A stretch of DNA of 53,506 nt, filler included, from Squatina squatina (taxonomy: Eukaryota), in the NCBI GenBank assembly GCA_031763465.1. It is 3 parts of 3 records of this genome, joined end to end, with 100 filler letters (N's around TTAATTAATTAA, not from the genome) between each part and the next. Parts side by side here need not be neighbours in the genome. Positions count along the whole stretch, not along the records: positions 40,198 to 53,506 come from JARFOE010000168.1; 2 more parts are not named here. The stretch is one strand, 5' to 3'. Both the position numbers and the translations under genes were made by a program. The notes under the pieces were generated by a model. It saw nothing but the letters and a program-made list of their open reading frames with translations. It did not search any database and was not told the DNA's origin. This document shows, one piece after another, positions 50,151 to 53,506 of this stretch (the stretch's first letter is position 1; each line of letters starts with the position of its first letter).

Positions 50151-50797
50151 TCTCAAAGACGCACTAAAAGCCTTAAAGAGAATGGGTATGCAGTTAATGC
50201 CTCGTATGCAACTCCTAGATAGACCTCATCTTGCCAAAAATAAGTTGGAAGTATAGTGAAGATGTCACAATATCACAACATATTGATTACATTACATTAT
50301 GTAAAATTCTTTCCCTGGCACCGTGTAATAATCTCAAACCGCAAAAAATAATAAATTTATATTGGCTAGTAAAAGATTTAACACAGGTAACCAGATGGCA
50401 ATCAGTCTGATATCCCAGTCTCTAAATTTTATATTCCATATATGCTAAACTACTAGGCAGTGGAATACTGTCACTAGTATTTGAGATTTTCCTTACTGTG
50501 ATGTAATTGATATTTTGAGCTATTGAATGTTGATAACTCCAAAGCAATGAAAAATCTGAAGCAATTTTACTTGTGTTATTTTAAGTCAAAACAAGAACTG
50601 TAAGTATTAGGTTATTAGAATCAGTATCTGGGTTGATACTAGGAGAAAGAGCTTAGCTTTATCCATACCTGATAACTGCTGTGATAATGATTTTAAGTAG
50701 AATTTCCTCCTACAATATACAGGCATTTAAACCCAAGCTCAGTGACAGACCATTACCGCTTGTTGATTTATCTTGTCTTTTCTCCTACTCTCTCCAG

Positions 50798-50935
50798 TGT
50801 TGACGGTGTCCTGCATTGCAGGCCAGTGCCGTTCACTGAAGTTTCTTTGCTGATTAAAGTAATGCCTGCCCAGAGGACTGACATTTATGGTTTTTCTCCT
50901 TTCAAGCAAGGAGAGGACATACCGTGTGGTGCTCG
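50798..50935 (+). other. Candidate exon downstream of the CHST12 stop
   Basis: Long pyrimidine tract ending tctccag|, donor CG|gtaaac, 138 nt with one open frame; protein not recognised. Confidence 0.25.
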
Positions 50936-51574
50936 GTAAACACAACCTCAAAGCTTCAGAACTGGGATCAGTTTCGTTTGAGATTGCTCCAGGGAACATA
51001 TTTGTCCATGAGAAATGGAATCCAACTCTTGTTGCCCTTGGGTAAGCACCAATTTCTTATCTTGTGGTGAAGAAAAAGTGGAAGGTACTCTGTTGTATCG
51101 CAATTTCAGATGAGATTCCCTACCTATATGATGTTTCTGGTTCCACATCATTCTTCTATCTCTCTGGGGCCAACTCAAAAGCCAATAGTTCCTCGTGGAT
51201 GTGAGTTAATTGTACAGGATTAGCCGCAATTCAGTGCCAGTTAACACTCACACATCAGTCTCATTCAAACTCATTTTACAAAGGGTCCTCACAATCACAA
51301 GAGGGATGAAACTTCACCCCATTAATCTTGGCTGGATTTCAGGAATGATTGGAGAGCATCACAGTCCACTTCACCATCAAAACTCTAATTTCATTGAATC
51401 TGGTTATGATTTTACTAAATATTGCTTAATCCTCTACAAACTTTTGACCATTATGCACTAAACACTTTCTGTCAGCTTTGGTAATCCCATATTTGAGCCA
51501 GGTATGTCTTCAGCACTGTAGCAGGTCAACCAGGCAGCCTGGCTCACTAAAGGAGGGGTTGACATTTTAAAAAT

Positions 51575-51712
51575 TCATTCTTGGGATGTGGACGTCGCTG
51601 GCGAGGCCGGCATTTATTGCCCATCCCTGATTGTCCTTGAGAAAGTGGTGGTGAGCCGCCTTCTTGTACTGCTGCAGACCGTGTGGTGCAGGTACTCCCA
51701 CAGTGCTGTTAC
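51575..51712 (-). mobile_element. 3' end of a non-LTR retrotransposon (family uncertain)
   Basis: Minus ORF NSTVGVPAPHGLQQYKKAAHHHFLK followed by gggcaataaatgccggcctcgccagcgacgtccacatccc tail. Confidence 0.65.
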
Positions 51713-52591
51713 AGACTTGCCGTCTGGGGCTCGGATTCTTCCCAATTAGCTTCACACATCCCTGTAGACCAAAGCCTTAATTGACAGGGTGATCTTAGCT
51801 GGACTAGCAGTGGGAAATTCACGGGGTTTTGCCTGGTTAAACTCCGTCTTGCCACATTTGGGCCTTCATTATGCCAAGCTACAGTTAAGCTCTTCGGATT
51901 TAGATAAGTGGGGNNNNNNNNNNNNNNNNNNNNNNNNNNNNNNNNNNNNNNNNNNNNNNNNNNNNNNNNNNNNNNNNNNNNNNNNNNNNNNNNNNNNNNN
52001 NNNNNNNNNNNNNGATTTTGTTTTGAGAATTACAGAAATGTCTTGTTTATCAATTTAGGGGATTTTTGCACACTTGGTTGTTTGTGTAGCCGAAGAGAAT
52101 AGTTGTAGAAAAAGGAAAAGCTTAGGGGATTATTTTCTGTACTAAGTAATCAACTTTCCTTTTTTTTTAAAAAAAAAAAGAAATCCTCCTCCTGGTTTAG
52201 GAGAGGCCTTAGATGAGGATAGTTGTAACTTCATGGAAATCTGCTATTTTGGATCTCTTTTCCCACTCCCATTAACTACATAATGACGGTTTTGATTTTT
52301 TTATGGGGACTGACTGGCTGTTTGGAGCAGACTGGAGAAAATTGGAAATTTCCATCTGTGGAAAAGTTGTTACTCGCCTTGAAGCATCAGCTGCCATTAA
52401 ATCAGTGGAGCTCTTCCAGAATGCGCGCACGAAAATTTAGGCTTTCTGCAACAGTCCTTATTTGAGTTCACTAAAAAGACAGGTTCTAAAAGCAAAACTC
52501 CATCTCCTATGATCTGAAACTTCATATGCGTGCAGTATATTAGATATTGTGTTACAATACTAACAGTTACAATTTTTTTGACCATATTAAG

Positions 52592-52795
52592 GAAAGACTT
52601 GCATCCCAAAGCACCTTACAGTCAATTAAGTGTAGTCGCTGTTGTTTTGTAGGCAAACACGTACTACAATATGTCACAAACAGCAATGAGGTGAATGAAT
52701 GACCAGTTAATCTGCTTACCTGAGTGTTTAATCTAAAGGATAATACCTTTGGCAATGTAGCATTCCCTCAGGTTAGGTTATATGTTCAAGTCCTG
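52592..52795 (-). mobile_element. Internally deleted DeuSINE/SacSINE1-like SINE
   Basis: gaaagacttgcatcccaaagc...tgtagtcgctgttgt...cagcaatgag...gtagcattccctcag. Confidence 0.55.
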
Positions 52796-53506
52796 GGGCA
52801 GAGTATGANNNNNNNNNNNNNNNNNNNNNNNNNNNNNNNNNNNNNNNNNNNNNNNNNNNNNNNNNNNNNNNNNNNNNNNNNNNNNNNNNNNNNNNNNNNN
52901 NNNNNNNNTGACAGCGGACTCCTCCTGTGCTAACATCCGTGTCCTCAGTGTGACCCCCCTCCCCCTCCCCCAACTTGTGGGGTCAGGGTGGGACACTTCC
53001 TTTGAACACTTGAGTGACCACTGGAGTCAGGGTGGGATTAGTGTCTGAGTGCAGCCTTTCCTGGGGAGGCTTCCAAATAGTCACGGACGTCACAGCTAGA
53101 TTCCTCCACCCGTGTCCTGCTTACTGACACTCGGATAATTCTTTTTCAGACAACTCCGACTGCGAAGAATACAAAACAAGGGAGGGGAAGGAACCATTCA
53201 TCCCATTTATTTTCCAATTTTCTTTCTTCATCGCCTTGGTAACTGCTTCTACTCAATAGAACTACTGGGAGTCTGAATCCGTTGTTATTTTATTCAGCAT
53301 TGAAACGTAAATCTCCGAATTTAAAAAAAAATCCCTGGTTTCACTATGCACACACACTGGACAGCATTGTACCAAAAGTAAACTCCGGTGTCCAGGCCCT
53401 GAATTTATTACCTCAGAGATACAGAGACGCCGGAATTTTCTTTGACCAAGTTACAGCGTGCTTCAACAAAAAATTGAATGGAAATTATTTACGCTCAGAA
53501 GTCGCC

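Noticed and set aside
1-53506. CRISPR arrays, rRNA/tRNA genes, phage or bacterial defence systems
   Set aside because: No repeat-spacer array, operon or intact structural RNA seen; tRNA-like boxes belong to SINE heads and the DNA is vertebrate.

Overview
Vertebrate nuclear DNA, very probably a cartilaginous fish (shark-type DeuSINE/SacSINE1-like SINEs, CR1 LINEs, Harbinger relics). The assembly is fragmented, with many 10-N and 100-N gaps. Two artificial N44-TTAATTAATTAA-N44 linkers split the window into three blocks. Block 1 (1-15491) has no gene I can name: repeats, a 1.9-kb purine-rich satellite, orphan exon candidates, a convergent CTCF-motif pair and a CpG-rich putative first exon. Block 2 (15592-40097) has scattered exons of VWA8(+), RGCC(-), PRDX4(+), ACOT9(-), SAT1(+) and WBP4(+), several of them missed by the ORF track. 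Block 3 (40198-53506) has RASD1 exon 2(+), MED9 exon 2(-) and the CHST12 coding exon(+). The best signal is a 106-nt exon at 38852-38957. It matches my recollection of the polyamine-regulated poison exon X of SAT1 (SSAT-X), carries two mutually exclusive RNA pairings and resembles a decayed duplicate of SAT1 exon 4. Also notable are a candidate start-codon-breaking exon in WBP4 and an ACOT9 exon truncated against Harbinger sequence. Gene calls rest on recalled human protein sequences, not on searches. No prokaryote-type system is present.
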